Source of the DNA: Octopus sinensis | Lineage: Eukaryota | Direction: 5' to 3' | Length of the DNA stretch: 64,000 bases | Assembly: GCF_006345805.1 (NCBI RefSeq) | Contig: NC_042999.1 | Location: 131,378,001-131,442,000 of the forward strand | In this document: positions 40,201-55,200 of the stretch, piece by piece | Layout of the letters: every line of letters starts with the position of its first letter | How positions within the stretch are numbered: the stretch's first letter is position 1 | The notes under the pieces: generated by a model | Told to the model about the DNA's origin: nothing | Databases searched by the model: none | Seen by the model: the letters and a program-made list of their open reading frames with translations, nothing else | Program-made: the position numbers and the translations under genes

Positions 40201-43200
40201 AAAAAAAAGTAAAATGTTCAAAGAAATACTTCATTTGTGGAATTGTAATGTGACCCTTCTGTATTGTCAGCACGGAAAGGTTTCCAGCATTGCAATGCAT
40301 GTAAAAGAGCTTGCAAAACCTCTTAGTAGCTCCTGCACTTTCTCTGTGGGGCAAAGCATCTCTGCTTTATATGTTGTCTATATATTTCATCCGTATATGT
40401 ATGAGTGTGTCTAAGCATGTATATATGTAAGTGTATGTACATACGTACATACATACATACATGCAAACATACCTACCTACCTACCTACCTACCTACCATA
40501 TGTTACATATATATTATATCATACCTTGATACTGTGTGAACTAAGATCCCTGTTGATAGGCTGCTGGTTTTTATAGTGTTAAACATTTTCAGTATGCAAA
40601 TTAGGGACTTCTTCATAGAGTAATTGCTGCATTTGTTGAGTATATAAACAGTTTGGCTGCTTGTTTCTCTGGAGACTGTCAGAATGATGTAGACACCTCT
40701 GATGAGAACCCAATAAGGTTTGAAAATCAATTAAGGTTGTTCATCATTTTTTCAGTCTGTGGAGAAATGGCTAAAATTCCATATGTTACACACACACATA
40801 TATATATATATGTATATGTGTATACATATAGGATTTGGAAGGGCATCCAGCTGTAAAAACCATGCCAAAACAGGAACAGAAGTGTGGCACAATCTTCTGC
40901 TTGGCCAGCTCCTGTCAAACCATCCAGCCCATGCCAGCATGGAAAGTGAACATTAGATGATGATGATGTGAATAAATTGCCACATTTAAGGCAGTGAGCT
41001 GACAGAATCGTTAGCATGCTGGCCAAAATGCTCATTGGCATTTCATCCACCTTCACATTCTGTGTACAAATGCTGCTGAGGTCAACATGACTTTCTTCCT
41101 TTTGGGGTTGATAAATAAAATAAGTACCAGTTGAGTACTGGGGTTGTTATAATCGACTAGCTCCCTCCCCCGAAACTGCTGGCCTTGTGCCAATATTTGA
41201 AACCAATAAATAGTTGCATTCATGATGTAAAATAGAAAAGCCAATAAATTACATTGGTTCAAAAATTAAAGACCATGCAGTTATTCCTGTACTGATGTTA
41301 TGTCAACCAAAGGCTGTGACCATGCTGGAGAACCACCATTTTGTATTTTTGTAAATTTTTTTCTTTGTCATTTTACAGCAGATTCATTTGTAATAACAGA
41401 TATAGAGAAAGATTATTTTATTAAGTTATCTGTGTTTTAGCCTTTACATATACATGGATAGAGAGAAAGCAGCAGCTGCCCAAATCAGTTTGAAAAATAA
41501 AACTGGATTGGAAATCCATTTGGACAATTAGTACTGTCATTTTCACATTATTTTAAAATCATTATAATAGTATGGTAATGACTACTCAATTAAGTTGACT
41601 GAGATAATGTGATTTGCCTAAGAATATAAGACAATAATTACATGGACAAGTCTGCAACATATATTGCTACTCATCTCATTTTTATATTATCATGCTTGTG
41701 AGGTTCAATCTCTCCACATCTAATCTGTCTTTGTTTGTTTTTGTTTTTTTTTTTGGACTCTACTACAGGTATTAATTCGTGTCAATATATGGGGAACATT
41801 TTCTTTCCAGTTCATCCATATCGCATGTTCACAAAAGGGAAGCTGTCCTTCCTGTGCACATTCAGTGTTGTCTTTAGTAACCAACCACTTCCATGGCTTA
41901 CTTCAGCTTTTCATCCAGGTTAACATAACACATATAAGGAATCATATTTCCATTTTCTCTAGAATTCAAAACTTTATAAATATCCTACTTCTATCCATCT
42001 CTGCAGGTTCTCTATCATCTCTAATATTGTCTCAGTACTGCATTTCATTTTCAATTTTATACCATTGAGGAAGCATTGACAGGTCATTTGAATGTCTAGA
42101 AACAATGGTCAAATATTCCTCAAATCACATAATATTATCTTTAAAAATAAGGTCACATTAAATAATGGAGTCCTAGATACACTATTAGAAAATCAGACAG
42201 CATAGTCACAACTAGAACATCTTTGATTATAGGTCAATTGGATCAGCACTGGCCTGAAGCTAAACAACAATAGCATGGAACCTCTCTATCATCAATATAT
42301 TTTATCCAAGTATTAATTATGATAGTAAAGTATCAGAATTTATTAACACTAATGAACACCAGTAATTCATCATTGTTTACATATTCTAGACTTTGACCTT
42401 GAGGAGAGAGGACAAGACAAGTAAATGAGCGACAAAAAGATTTTGACTAACAAACAACTAATTTATTCTTTAACAAACAATCAATTACTTAGATATTTAG
42501 CCAATAGACTAATAAAGAAGTGATATTGAATTAGTGTATGTTATTATTATTGGCACAATGACCCTCCCAAGATGCAGATATATTCTATATATTTTCTGCA
42601 ATGAATGTTTTGATTATTTAATGACCATTCAACCATGGATTCTACTGCACAATACTATTTAGCTTTACATGTGATTTATAGAGAAGACAAAATGACAATG
42701 TATGGTGACTAAGCCTTCACAATGGTGTCATATGTGAAGAGAAATAGCTTTAACTTGAAATTTACCACACAGTAGTAAGGTACACTTTAAAAGGTTGGTT
42801 TCATTAGAGTTCAAAACTAAAATAGATAGACAAGATAAAATAGTTAACCCTGAACAAAAAGACAAGTAACCAAAAATGATTACATAGTATAACACTGAAC
42901 AGAAAGACAAGCAACCAAAATCACTTGATACATAGTATCAAATGATATTAATAGAGACTAGTCTTAGGTCATATAAACTCTAAATTTCTAATTCATTGTC
43001 TATTAAGTAAATAAACTTGTCGACAATATAATTCCAAGAGATTTTTACCAAAGGACACATATATGAAAATGTTGTTTATTAATCACAAGTCAACATATAG
43101 TTATGTCTAACAAGTTGTTTTAAAATTTCATTTACCCAGACCTAAACATTTTATCCCGTAACTGAATTTTGGAATTTTATGACTAACAGATATCAATCTG

Positions 43201-46200
43201 TCAGGTCGAACAACCTCAGCTCTAGCAGCCTACATACTGAATTATGTACTGAGCCTCTTGCACTATGAATGAGTAGCTGATCCTATCACCTTCATCAACA
43301 TGATCAAATTTTTTCAGAGTTAGTTTGATCACCACAAATGACAAGTTGGCCTACAGAGAGGCAGAACAGAATTAAGGATGTGATGGTGCTAAGATACAGA
43401 AGAGGCATACAAGCTGTAAAGGTAGAGGTACTTTGGTTATAGGAATAGTCTGTATTGTATTAAAAAGGTACAGCACCTATAAGACTGTAAGCACAATGGC
43501 TGAGCAGTAATAGTAGTAGTAGTAGCAGTTATGAGAGTAAAAGTATAATGACTGTGAGAGTAGAAGCAAAATAGCTGTGAGGATAGAAACCCAATTAGTT
43601 TAGCTTCAAATTCTTTGGAATCTATAAAGAGAACCTCCTATGTTACGACTACACTGGTACCTTGAAGGATAAGGCTCAGAAGCAATTACATTTTCTAAGA
43701 ATGCTACACAAGAAAACAAACTTTTCTTCTAGGTTTCTTAATCTATTTTTTCTTGCATTAATTTGTAGAACTGCATTGCAGCATGGTATGGCAACTGCTC
43801 CCTATCTCAACATTATTAACATTGTATTGTTGTCCACAGGGGGGAGGTTTATTAAGAGTTAGTTTCAAAGCTTTTCAGGTACAATCAAGACTGCATGAAT
43901 AGTTGTTTATCTCCATTCAGGCTGATCCTGTTAACCTATAATATTGTAGCCATGACTATGTCAACTATTTCTTATCAATATATCTAGGAATATACTTCCC
44001 AAAGTATTCTTTTTTTTTAAGACTAAGAATATATTTTGCAGAGATTTGTCAACTAATTCTGTCAAGTTGAGTGATTATATGTAGTCACTATTTTGTAGCC
44101 CAGAAGTCATTTTCTCTAAAGGTCAGCTGCTGACTATAGCTTTCTAAGTATATATTACTTCTATTATTACCCTAATATTTATTAATTTTTATTATTATTA
44201 TTTTTCTTGTTAATAACCTTATTACCTGGTCTATCATTCTTGATTTTGAAACTATTATTGTCCACTTGTCCGAATTAGTTCTGTTCAAGTCCTTTTATGG
44301 CAGAGAAACAACAAATTAGAAAACATTTATGAGAAATAACAATTCATCCTATATACTATGATTTAATCAGGTACACTATATCTTTTGTTACAATGTTATA
44401 GAACAGGGAAAGTAATGTGTAGCAGTTATAAGTCACCAAACAACCTTTTTATTGAGCAATCTCTTCTATACAACAAAAATTGTTGCATATTTCAGAATTG
44501 AAATACAACTAGAATATATGTGTTATTTGTGAAACCTGTGATACTTACTTCAAGAATTAAATTCAATGGATTTAATACAGTGTTTTCTACCTCCAATTCA
44601 TAATTTAACAGTTCTTTAGCTTGACCATTTTGGCACTCACCACATAGGTGGAATACATTACTAAAACAAAGGAAAAAAAATTATCAATTAACATAATCTA
44701 GTCATTATCATTAACAGGTATATTTCCATAAATCCAATGTACATAAACCAAAATAAAAACTGTTAGAGATGTAATACTGAATTCATTGCTGTTTGCATCC
44801 TTATTAACAGAAATACAGTGAACATCAACACAATTTACTTGGTCCCTATGGTTCCTTTGTTCTTCTCAAAAACATCCAACTTTCAAAGTATGAAATATGA
44901 ACAAAAATTAAACAAAAAAAAGTAACTTCATCACACCCTCACTTCTCATATATGTAATAGTGCATTAGCAGCTCATATACATAATAGTGCATTAGCAGCC
45001 TAGACTGCATTTAGAGTATATCCCTGTGTTTGATAGGAATATGACAGCGGCCCACCGGCTTCCGTGCCAGTGGCACATAAAAGGCACCATTCGAGTGTGA
45101 TCATTTCCAGCGTCGCCTTACTGGCACTTGGGCCCGTGCTAGTAGGGTGCCAAGAGCACTGTCTGAGCATGATCGTTGCCAGAGCAGCCGACTGGCTTCT
45201 GTGCCGGTGGCACGTAAAAGGGCACCGTTCGAGCATGATCGTTACCAATGTCGCCTTACTGGCACCTGTGCCAATGGCATGTGTAAGAGGATTCGAGTGA
45301 GGTCATTGCCAGTACCACCTGACTGGCCTCCATGCCGGTGGCACGTAAAAAGCACCCACTACACTCTCAGAGTGGTTGGCGATAGGAAAGGCATCCAGCC
45401 ATAGAAACTCTGCCAGATCAAGATTGGAGCCTGGTGCAGCCATCTGGTTCGCCAGCCCTCAGTCAAATTCATCCAACCCATGCTAGCATGGAAAGCAGAC
45501 GTTAAACAATGATGATGATGATGCCACCTCCCCTGTTTATCATCATGAGATGTTCTCTGCCTGTCTCCTCACTTAAATGGTAAAGGAACTCTGTTCTTTA
45601 GAGGCTTAGAAGTTTCCATTTTAGTTTTCACTTTAAAAGTCTTTGGAAGCTTCCTCATGCATGCCAACCCCATGTGCTTCATCATTTATACAGAGTTTCT
45701 TATGCTGACTTCCAGACTAAACATCAACATTTGTAGGTAAACATCAGTAAAAATGTTCAATTAATCAAATGATTTAGCCTTTAAACATTTATCACTGCTA
45801 ACATTCTACAGTGGTGTCACTAAGTCTAAAGAGTATACTGAGGACTAGTAATTATATCCGTTCATTTAATCACAGTTCAATCTATAAACAGAAAGAGGAG
45901 CTTTTTTTTACACTTTTTACCCTTTAGCCTTCAAATTACTCTTTCAAATGAAAGACTGATTTATCCACATTGTTTTGAAGTTCTCATAGCTTTGAGATTT
46001 TGATAATCTGATTGTTTATTTTTAGAATGACATTGTAGGGTAGGTTCAAGAGGCCAGATCTGGTCAGTTTTAACACAAAACTTGTAGAATATTTGGGCCT
46101 GATATGGCAAGTTTAACTGCTAAAGAGTTAAATTATTAAAGGCTACACAAGAAAATTTAAATTCAACATAATGCAATTACTGACAGTATCAATAATACCA

Positions 46201-49200
46201 GAAAATTTGACATCAATTTAAGAATATTTAAAGCGTATAAGTGTATAATATGAACTGTTTCTTTAGCAGACATATATTGTTGAAAGTAACTATTTTCTAA
46301 AAGTCAAAATAAGTTATCAAACTACTACTAATTTCTGTTTTTTAAAAATAAACAACTAAAAAAAAAAACTATTTCTGTCAAAATAGTATTACTGTGCACC
46401 CTAATATATTTATCAGCTACCTTTCTCCAATTGTCAAATGCAAGCTAGAATATTATGTTTCAGATCACATTTCCTTCATAAATTTATATCAAGATAGCTT
46501 AGCAAAGAATGTTTATCGAAATTCATCTTTTTGCTTCTTCATAAATATCTAATTTTTTTCTGGTCACGTAATAACTAAAATCATTTAATCATGAAAGATG
46601 GAATGTTTACCACTATAAAGATCATTAAATCATCTTCTGATTACTGCCCTACAGTGCTAGCTGCATAAATTTCTAAATAGGCCGCTTACTTTAGGAAGAG
46701 CCTTGTTAGGCATCTGTATACTAGATGAGCAGCAAGAGTTTGTTAAGTTTTCAATAAAGAACATACAAAAATGTTTTTCAATAATACCAACAAGAAAATT
46801 GCAGCAAAGCTGCGTGATAGTAGTGTCAGATGTAGCATGCAGACCATCATATAACTTGTTTGACATAGTGTTTTAATTCCCCTTTTCCATTTTATTTTGA
46901 CATGTGCATTGCGTTTTTATTCTTCTCAAAACTGTTTACAGATCACAACCATCTCACAAACCTGCAGTTCTGAGGAGCGCTTCATGCTCCAATGGTAGTG
47001 GAAAAAATGTAAATGATATGTTGCCAAATAAAATGTAAAGTACAATGTTCTGGAAATAAGAAATAAGTGGAAAAAATGTGTATTTACCCCAACACTGAGT
47101 CCAAACCCAATGTAGTTGCTGATTCTAGCATAGTATGGCCAATACCAGTTTCAGGGAGCTTTTTCTGAAATTAAAAATGATTTACAAATATATAAGAAAT
47201 CAAATTATCACTTAAATCAAACATAATTCATTTTTTGCTTTAATATTAAAGGTGCAACATAAGGAGTGTGATCTCTGTGTAGGATATAATCAAGCAAAGA
47301 GGCAAATCGCATTGGTAGGCTATGTTAGTCAAATACCGACCAGGAACTATTAAAATAAGTGACTCCAGATTTAAAATACTCAAACTCAAACAAATATTAA
47401 TATATCAATCACAATTATCTGATACAGATAATTTGGAATTAATTGGCATAATTATTTTAGTAATAGCCAAACTATTTCGTACAAAATCATGAGACTACAA
47501 ATTTGTTGTTTGGTGTATGTGCAGGGTATAGTTGAATGAATCAATCCCAGTAAATGATGATTACTTTACAGACCCAGGAGAGCTGAAAAGCAAAGTCAAT
47601 CCTAGTACAAATTGAACTCAAGATGTAAATAAACATTACTATGCACAACATCTAAAACAGTCCTTGAATGCTTCTGTTTATTAACAAAATAGTGATATTT
47701 CACAATAACGAACCTTTTCATAACAATTATTATTGCAGACATACAAAGGCAGAGAAAAAAGTGATACAACAGTATTGAGTGCAGAGGCATGACAGCAGTA
47801 AAAGCAGATGTACACTAGCAGTGACAGTAGAAATATAATAGCAGTGAATGTAAAGGTAAAAATGCAGTGAGAGTAGAGGGGCAAGGGCTGAACCAAAATT
47901 ATGTAAAAATGAGCATAACTTTTTTATGGTTTGTTCAAATTGCATATGTTGGTTGAATAACTTTTCCTCTAAACAAAAGTACTACCCAACATAAACTTCA
48001 TCACAAACAATGCATTTTCCCCCATTATTGAACTCAACTCTCAAATTCAGTTTGAAAACAAATTCAGGTGAGCACTCTTGTAAACACTTCTTCACACCCA
48101 CTTTCACTTCATGTGTCATTAGATCTTTGTCCTCAAAGACTGTCCTTCACAGGACCAAGCAAGTGGGAGTCAGAAGGTGCCAGATCCAGACTATACAGTG
48201 AAGAGTTAACCTTTGACCAGCCTAATTAGCTGATTGTCTGATTTCTTGCCAAAGATGTATGTAGTCATGCATTGTCAGGGTGAATGTGGATCGTTTTCAG
48301 AATCTTGATTGGTCTCTTCCTCCTAACGGCTTCCCTAAGCTTTTTGAGCATCTCAATGTGTCACTTGCAATACATGGAACAGTCATATTCCAGATAATCA
48401 ATGAAAATAGTGTCCTTGTCATCCCAAAACACAGTCATAAAGACCTTCTGGGCCAATCACTGGCTCTTGAATTTCTTAAGCTTTGGAGATGTAGGTGCCA
48501 TTCTAAGGACTGAAACTTAATTTCCAGGCATAAAGATACTTTCACATCTCATCTCCTATCACCAGATCAAAAAAAAAAAAAAAAAAATTGTCTTCATTGG
48601 CTTCAAATGCATTCAACAGATCAGAACCAATTTCCACCCTTCTCTCCTTCAAATTGAGTATCAATCCTGAGATACCCAGTTTACACTCACTTTCTGATAC
48701 CCAAAGTCTTCCACTGTCTTCTGTAATGCATTATGCCCATAGTCCAGTTGTTCAACATGCTCACAGGATGTGGCATGTCTGTTAGCATAAATCAGTTCAT
48801 CTACTCTCTAAGGATTTGTATCAGTGGTCGAAGCCGATGGCCTTCCAGTGTGTGGTGATTTGTTTTCAATGTTGGTTTCTCCCTTCTTCAAACTTCTTCA
48901 TCCATCTGTACTTATAACTCTTGTCAATAGTGTTAATTCTATAAACAACCTGTAGCACTCTGTGGATGTCAGACAGGCTGCACCCTACTCTTTTGTCAAA
49001 AACTTAATTATGACACATTGCTTCTGCCTGGAACCAATTATTTGCCAGTAATAAAGAAGAACAGGAAGAAGAGTTACAAGAGAGTAAGATTTATTCTGCC
49101 AATGTCTGCAATTTGAATAACCTGTATCACTTAATAAAAAGGTTACATCCACTCTTGCATTACTTCAGTACAACCCTTGTACAATGGCAGTGAATATAGA

Positions 49201-52200
49201 GGTACAATAACAGTGAGTGGGGCGGTACAATGGTAGTGGATGCATAGGTACAATGGTAGTGGGTGTAGAGGAGCAGTGGTAATACCAGTAGAGGCAAAAT
49301 GGATGTGAGAGTAGGTGCACAATAGAATTGCACATAAAGGCTCAATGAATGTATGAGTGGAAATACAGTAGATGTAGGAATGGAGCAAAAGAGATATGGT
49401 GTTAAGGAGCTGAACTATTCATCAAAAGATATAAATTCGAACTTTACAACTACAACCTTTATGTTGTGAAGGAATTCTGCTGGGTCTAGTCAGACTGATT
49501 AACATAAAATATATTCCACTCCCTACTTCCTGACCGAGTGATTAGTAATAGAAAAAGCAACTTTTTTTTCAAATAACATTGCTAATAATTAAAACAACAC
49601 AATACAATGATTTTTTTTTAAGAAGACATTAGATAACCAAGACCTATATACATTTTATCTATGTATTAAAAAATAACAAAAACAAAGTAGTCAAAACTGG
49701 AGCATCTTTGATCATGAGTCAGTTCCAACAGTCTGGACCTGATGACAAACAACAACTTAAAAACAATAACCAATAATTAACATCAACAAAACTGAATTCA
49801 AAATGGTTAAAAATGTAAAAAAACATCATCACTATAATAAACTTTGTATATATATGAGTTTATATTTAAAACAATGATTAAATGAATCATTTTTTAGGGT
49901 GAATCTCAAAGCAGATATAACTATTAATAAAATAGTATGTAATATACTGATTTTAAAAAGAAACCTTAAATGAAAAAAGTTATCTGCTATCTGCAGGATG
50001 GCTTGTTTTCTCAAATGTAAACTTTGACCTTTTTTTCCCACCCAAGGCTTTTTTTAACTCAATGTATCAATATATTACATCCTATTATTTATAGAATATA
50101 AATGAGTAACGGTAGAAGTACAAGTGTCAAGCCATTATGGCTGTTTCTAACGGCCATAATGGAATGACACTTGTACCTCTACTGTTACTCATTTATATTT
50201 TATTCACCTGTCTTGGAATCTGCCCTTAGTAAATATTATGGACCATATATTTAATATAATGAAGATGTCTGAATAGCTCAAGAGTAGATTTCTTCACTCA
50301 GCTGGGTCTAATTGTCTACATACACTGCAAGAATATCATTCGGCCAGTGCTTGTGTACCAAGTTTGATATTTACATAATATCGTTGTGTGTGTATATTAT
50401 TCTGACCTAATGAGGTGCCTCAATTTAAGTTCCTAACTCAACTGAATCTTACTTATGTTCTATTATTACCTCTGCTTTAGTGAAGGCGGAGGTATTGTTT
50501 TCAGTCGTGTTTGTTTGTTTGCTTGTTGTGGACAAGATATCTCAAGAACTGCTGGATGGATTTGGATGAAAAATTTCAAGGATGTTTGGCCTCATGACTG
50601 GCATGAACTGATTAGATTTTGGGATCGATCCAGTACCAGACAAGAATTCTGGATTATTTTTCTTTTTTTTTTTTTTACTTAACTTTTGTGAGCGGTCGGG
50701 TTCATTTTTAGTATTCACGTTTGATAAAGCAGTTGAGTTTATTTCAGATATTCTCATTTTAAAAAATCATCTCTGACTAATCATTGAGAGGATGTTAGTG
50801 TTGCCTTTGTGCTCTGTGAGTGCTCTTGTTTATAGATGTATTCATTTTAAGGCTCACCCTTGAAGTTATCTATTTCACATCCCCTTGAAACTTTTACATT
50901 TTCATGATGTAAATGATATTAGATATGTTTTTAACTGAAACTTGGAAGAATAATTTGATGAAATGATAGCAATGTATTACTATTACAATGATAAGAAGAA
51001 AAAATGACAATTACAGTGGTGGTGATGATGATGATTATGATTTCGATACCTTTCAAAACAATTGAGTATTCTTTGAAAAAAAAAAAACATTTTTGTTTCA
51101 TTTCAAAATAATATGAGAACTTCCCTTTTTCACCCAGCTACTGAATATCCTGGCATACTTGATAACATTTTACTAATTATCAAAGCTAATAAGCGTATAT
51201 AAATCCCTAGCCTGTGATCTTAGGCCTACATTTCGCTGACAACTAGTCTATCTGTAAGATATCACTTTACTTTATCTATACAGAACAGATACAGCTTCTA
51301 TAAATTCCTCACCAAAAAGTTTATCAGTGGTCTTAATTTGATACCAATTATCGTTTTTGACTAAATTTACTTCCACACCATCATTTTGAATGTAAAAGAT
51401 ATAAAAATGAAGCATAGTCTCTTTAAAAATACTTTTAACATCTACTTTCACCTTTGGAATATATTTCAGTCTGAAATAATAAACTTCTAATGTAGGTTAC
51501 AGCTTGTAGAAAGTGACTGAAAATTTTTATATGCAAGGAAGTTACAGGTTATTAAACTCAAAATCATTAACAAGCTGGAAGAACACAGAAATATAGCAGA
51601 TAATTTTAAGAGGCTGCCAACATTGTCTTCAGCTTCTCAATGCAAATATATAAAACAGAACATGTTGAAAGAACAGTTCTGCTACAGATGTTACAGCAAC
51701 ACAACTTGGGGTTAAGAATATGGCCTCAGTTTCAACCACCTTTGTTGTAGTTGTTGAGAGAAAGGCACAGTTGATGGCCCTATATGGCTATAATGCAGCA
51801 TAGCAGTAGGATAGAAGAAGGAAGCTAGTACATTTAGTGATGTGGGTAGGGATAACATATAAGAGGAATATAATTTTAAAAAGTAAGAAAGGAACACAAT
51901 ATTTTGTATAAGATCTACAGAGGTTAAGAGGCAGTGTGGGGACAAAAAACAAAGCTACTGTCTGAATTCTATGTAATACTTTTAATAATTTAATTAAAAT
52001 GACAGATAAATATTTATTCATTTCACAATGGGTGCAGGCATGGCTATATTGTAAGAAGTTTGCTTCCCAACCACATGGTTCCAGATTCAGTCCCACTGCA
52101 TGGCGCGTGTCTTCTACTATAGCCTCAGGTTGACCAAAGTCTTTAGAGTGGCTTTGGTAGATGGAAACTGAAAGAAGCCCATCATATGTGTGTGTATGTG

Positions 52201-55200
52201 TGTGTGCGTGTCTTTTGTTTATCCCCACTACCATTGCTTGACAACTGATGTTAGAGTATTTATATCCATGTAACTTAGTGGTCTAGCAAAAGAGACCAAT
52301 AGAATAAGTACTAGGCTTACAGAGAATAAATCCTAGGGTTGATTTCTTTGACTAAAACCCTCTAAGGCAGTGCTCCAGTATGGCTGCAGTCTAATGACTG
52401 AAACAAGTAACAGAATAACAAAATATTAACAACACAGAGTTAACTGCTGATTTGTCTTTATTGATCAGATGAGCCCCCTTCAACGAATTCAAAGAATGGA
52501 ATGGCATTCATAACTTTCTGTGCAGCGTTAACTAAGTAGGTGAAATAATTACAATTAAGAACTGAACAAAAGTAACAGACCAGAATTCACCAGCTGCCGG
52601 CATTGCAATGCTCATCATATTAACCTGATTGCACTATTTTCAATATCTTTCATATCGGTGCTTTATCTCTATATTCCTAGTTTTTGAAGTTTCAAGTACT
52701 ATTTATAGGTGCATCTATCATGGTAGTTATTATGATTCATCCTTAATTGTGACTAACCATAGTTGCATAAAATGTAAAGGAAGTGATATCAAGATGACTA
52801 TGTTCCACTGACAATATCTAATAAGACCAAAACATAGCCAGAACTGTCACCATGCCCTGTTAACAATGATCAAATTTTCCTCTAAACATGAAAATTAGAT
52901 GTAACAGGATCATTAACTCAAATTTCTGTAAAGCATTTTCTACATACATCCCCCAATCCTATGAGAAACTAGAGATTTTGATGAAATGCAATTACATCAA
53001 TATAAAAATCATAAAACTATTATCACTGCATGAATTTAGATGAAATTTAATGATAGGATGTAATGATTACTGGTGCACGTAGTGAATGTGGTTTTTACTA
53101 GTAGCTATTAATCTTTACTTGTCATGTCACTCAGTTGAATACAGATGGGTTGATTGTACGTAGGTGTTCTTATTATATTTTACAAGATAGAAATTCCTGG
53201 GTATTGTTTTCCTATCTCAGAGGTGAATTTGTGTTCCAGTAGTCTTTGTAACTTTGAGTGAGAAAGCAATCTCCAAGAAAGCAATTGTTCAATCCTGTAG
53301 AGAAATCGGCACACAGCCTAATCTTATTGTTTTTCTTTTTAAAGCACACTGTGGGTGCCACTCACTTAGAGCAATCCACCTTTTTGATGATTCCATTCTT
53401 TTCCAGTCTGTCCAACTTTTCTGTTTAAATACAGGTACAGCATTTTCACTTACTTAAAAGCAGGCTTTAGTCTTTTTACATAGACCTAAGTCCTCCAACT
53501 GTACTTGAGGAAACATCTTTTTCAATTTTCTCTTCAATTCCTCAAATGATTTATTTTTAACGGAACAACCATTTATGTTTTTGCAGTAGAGACTTATGGG
53601 GAGGTGCCATAAATCAAATAACTCCATCTAATCTATACCAAACAAACTGATTGTATTCTCCACAATGAATATTTTTGCTTTGCGTGTTTCTCCTCAAAAT
53701 GTGACATCTGCACACATTTCACCCATGAAATGTAATTTATTGCCCATCTTGCCACACATAATTTTCACTGTTTTAAATAATCTCTGTTTCCAGATTTTTT
53801 TCTGTGTATCCATATTTATTTACACCATTTATTTTTATGTGTGCAAATTTTCTTGTTTTATGTGTCATATTCACTTTCTGTTGAAAACACCTTAGAACTG
53901 TTTACATGCAACCCTCATAATCTTGTAGTGCAGTGTGAGCTCTTATGACCCAGTTTCTGAAAACTATAGCATTTTCAATTTATAAATGGACACTCTTTTC
54001 TGAAGTGTAGGCCTCCACATCTACAACATGGATTGGGCCTGGAACTCTCTGATTGTACTTTCCAAGTTGACACATCTGTATTTTTGTGGAATCTTTCTCT
54101 CGAATTTTTTCACGTCATGCTTCAGATTTACCATTGTTTGACATTCTTCTGCAATGGTCTGTAGAGTTAAGCCTTGGTTCGCCTGTTCCATTTTGGGGAG
54201 AATCCTTGCCCGAATTTCTCTATCTTCAGTTGCCATAAGGCCTTGCACAAAGATAAGGGATTTAAACATATCCTGAGTGAATTCCTGAAGTTTAAAGTAC
54301 AGCATATGTAATAAAGTCATCATTAACATTTTTTGTTAAGTTCCAACATTCCATTCAAGTGTTAAATAACAAACTTTTGTCACAAAAGATCTTTGAGAAT
54401 AATTCAATAGTTTCTTGGAAACAAATCTCACTTGACTTTTTGGACAACATAAAGTTACAGTAGCATCCATGCTTGGCCGGAGCTACCTTGCATAGTCATA
54501 GCCTCACTTTCTCCTCATCCGACCATGACTTGCAATTTTTGTTAAAAATTTCCTTGTATCTTCTATAGTATGCAGGAAATGTAATACCCCACTCTGGATT
54601 ATAAGTAAATTCAGAAATCAAGTTCACCATGCCATCTGGCACAAACGAACTTACTGAATTTTTGGATTTCCTTGACTGTAACTCAGTTAACTGCTGTTGT
54701 TGTAATATTTGCTTCAGTAACTCCAGTAGTTGTTCTTGTTGCTTCTCTTGAATCCATTTTTGATGCACAAATTGCCAAATAACCTATGTGAGCTTTGAAA
54801 AATCCTCATCGCCAGGTGTTATATCCTTATGCCTCCAATATCGTAGTATGGTTGATATTGTCAGCGATAGCTAAAGAATACACTGAAACAGTGTTATAAC
54901 AATACAAAATAGAAACAGTGGCAGTAACAAACACATAACGAACCAACAATCAATATTTCCAACACACTAACTCAAACTGTAAACTGAACCTGGACTTTGA
55001 AGACCAAACTACAAATTGCTGACAATGTCAGACCACTACTATTTATATGTAGTGGTCTTATCTATTCTTGTCAGAGGGTGTTGTACTCTTGCCACAAAAC
55101 AGAAAGAGATTCAAAGAGATAAAGGAGGTGGTTATTTGGATATCATTTAACTTTCTTCACAGTTTTCTTGCAGGTGTAGTAGTAATAATGAGTGAACACA

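Noticed and set aside
54021-54768. Domesticated gag gene
   Set aside because: Broken by stops and frameshifts and still embedded in PBS/pol remnants; it is a decayed Gypsy element.
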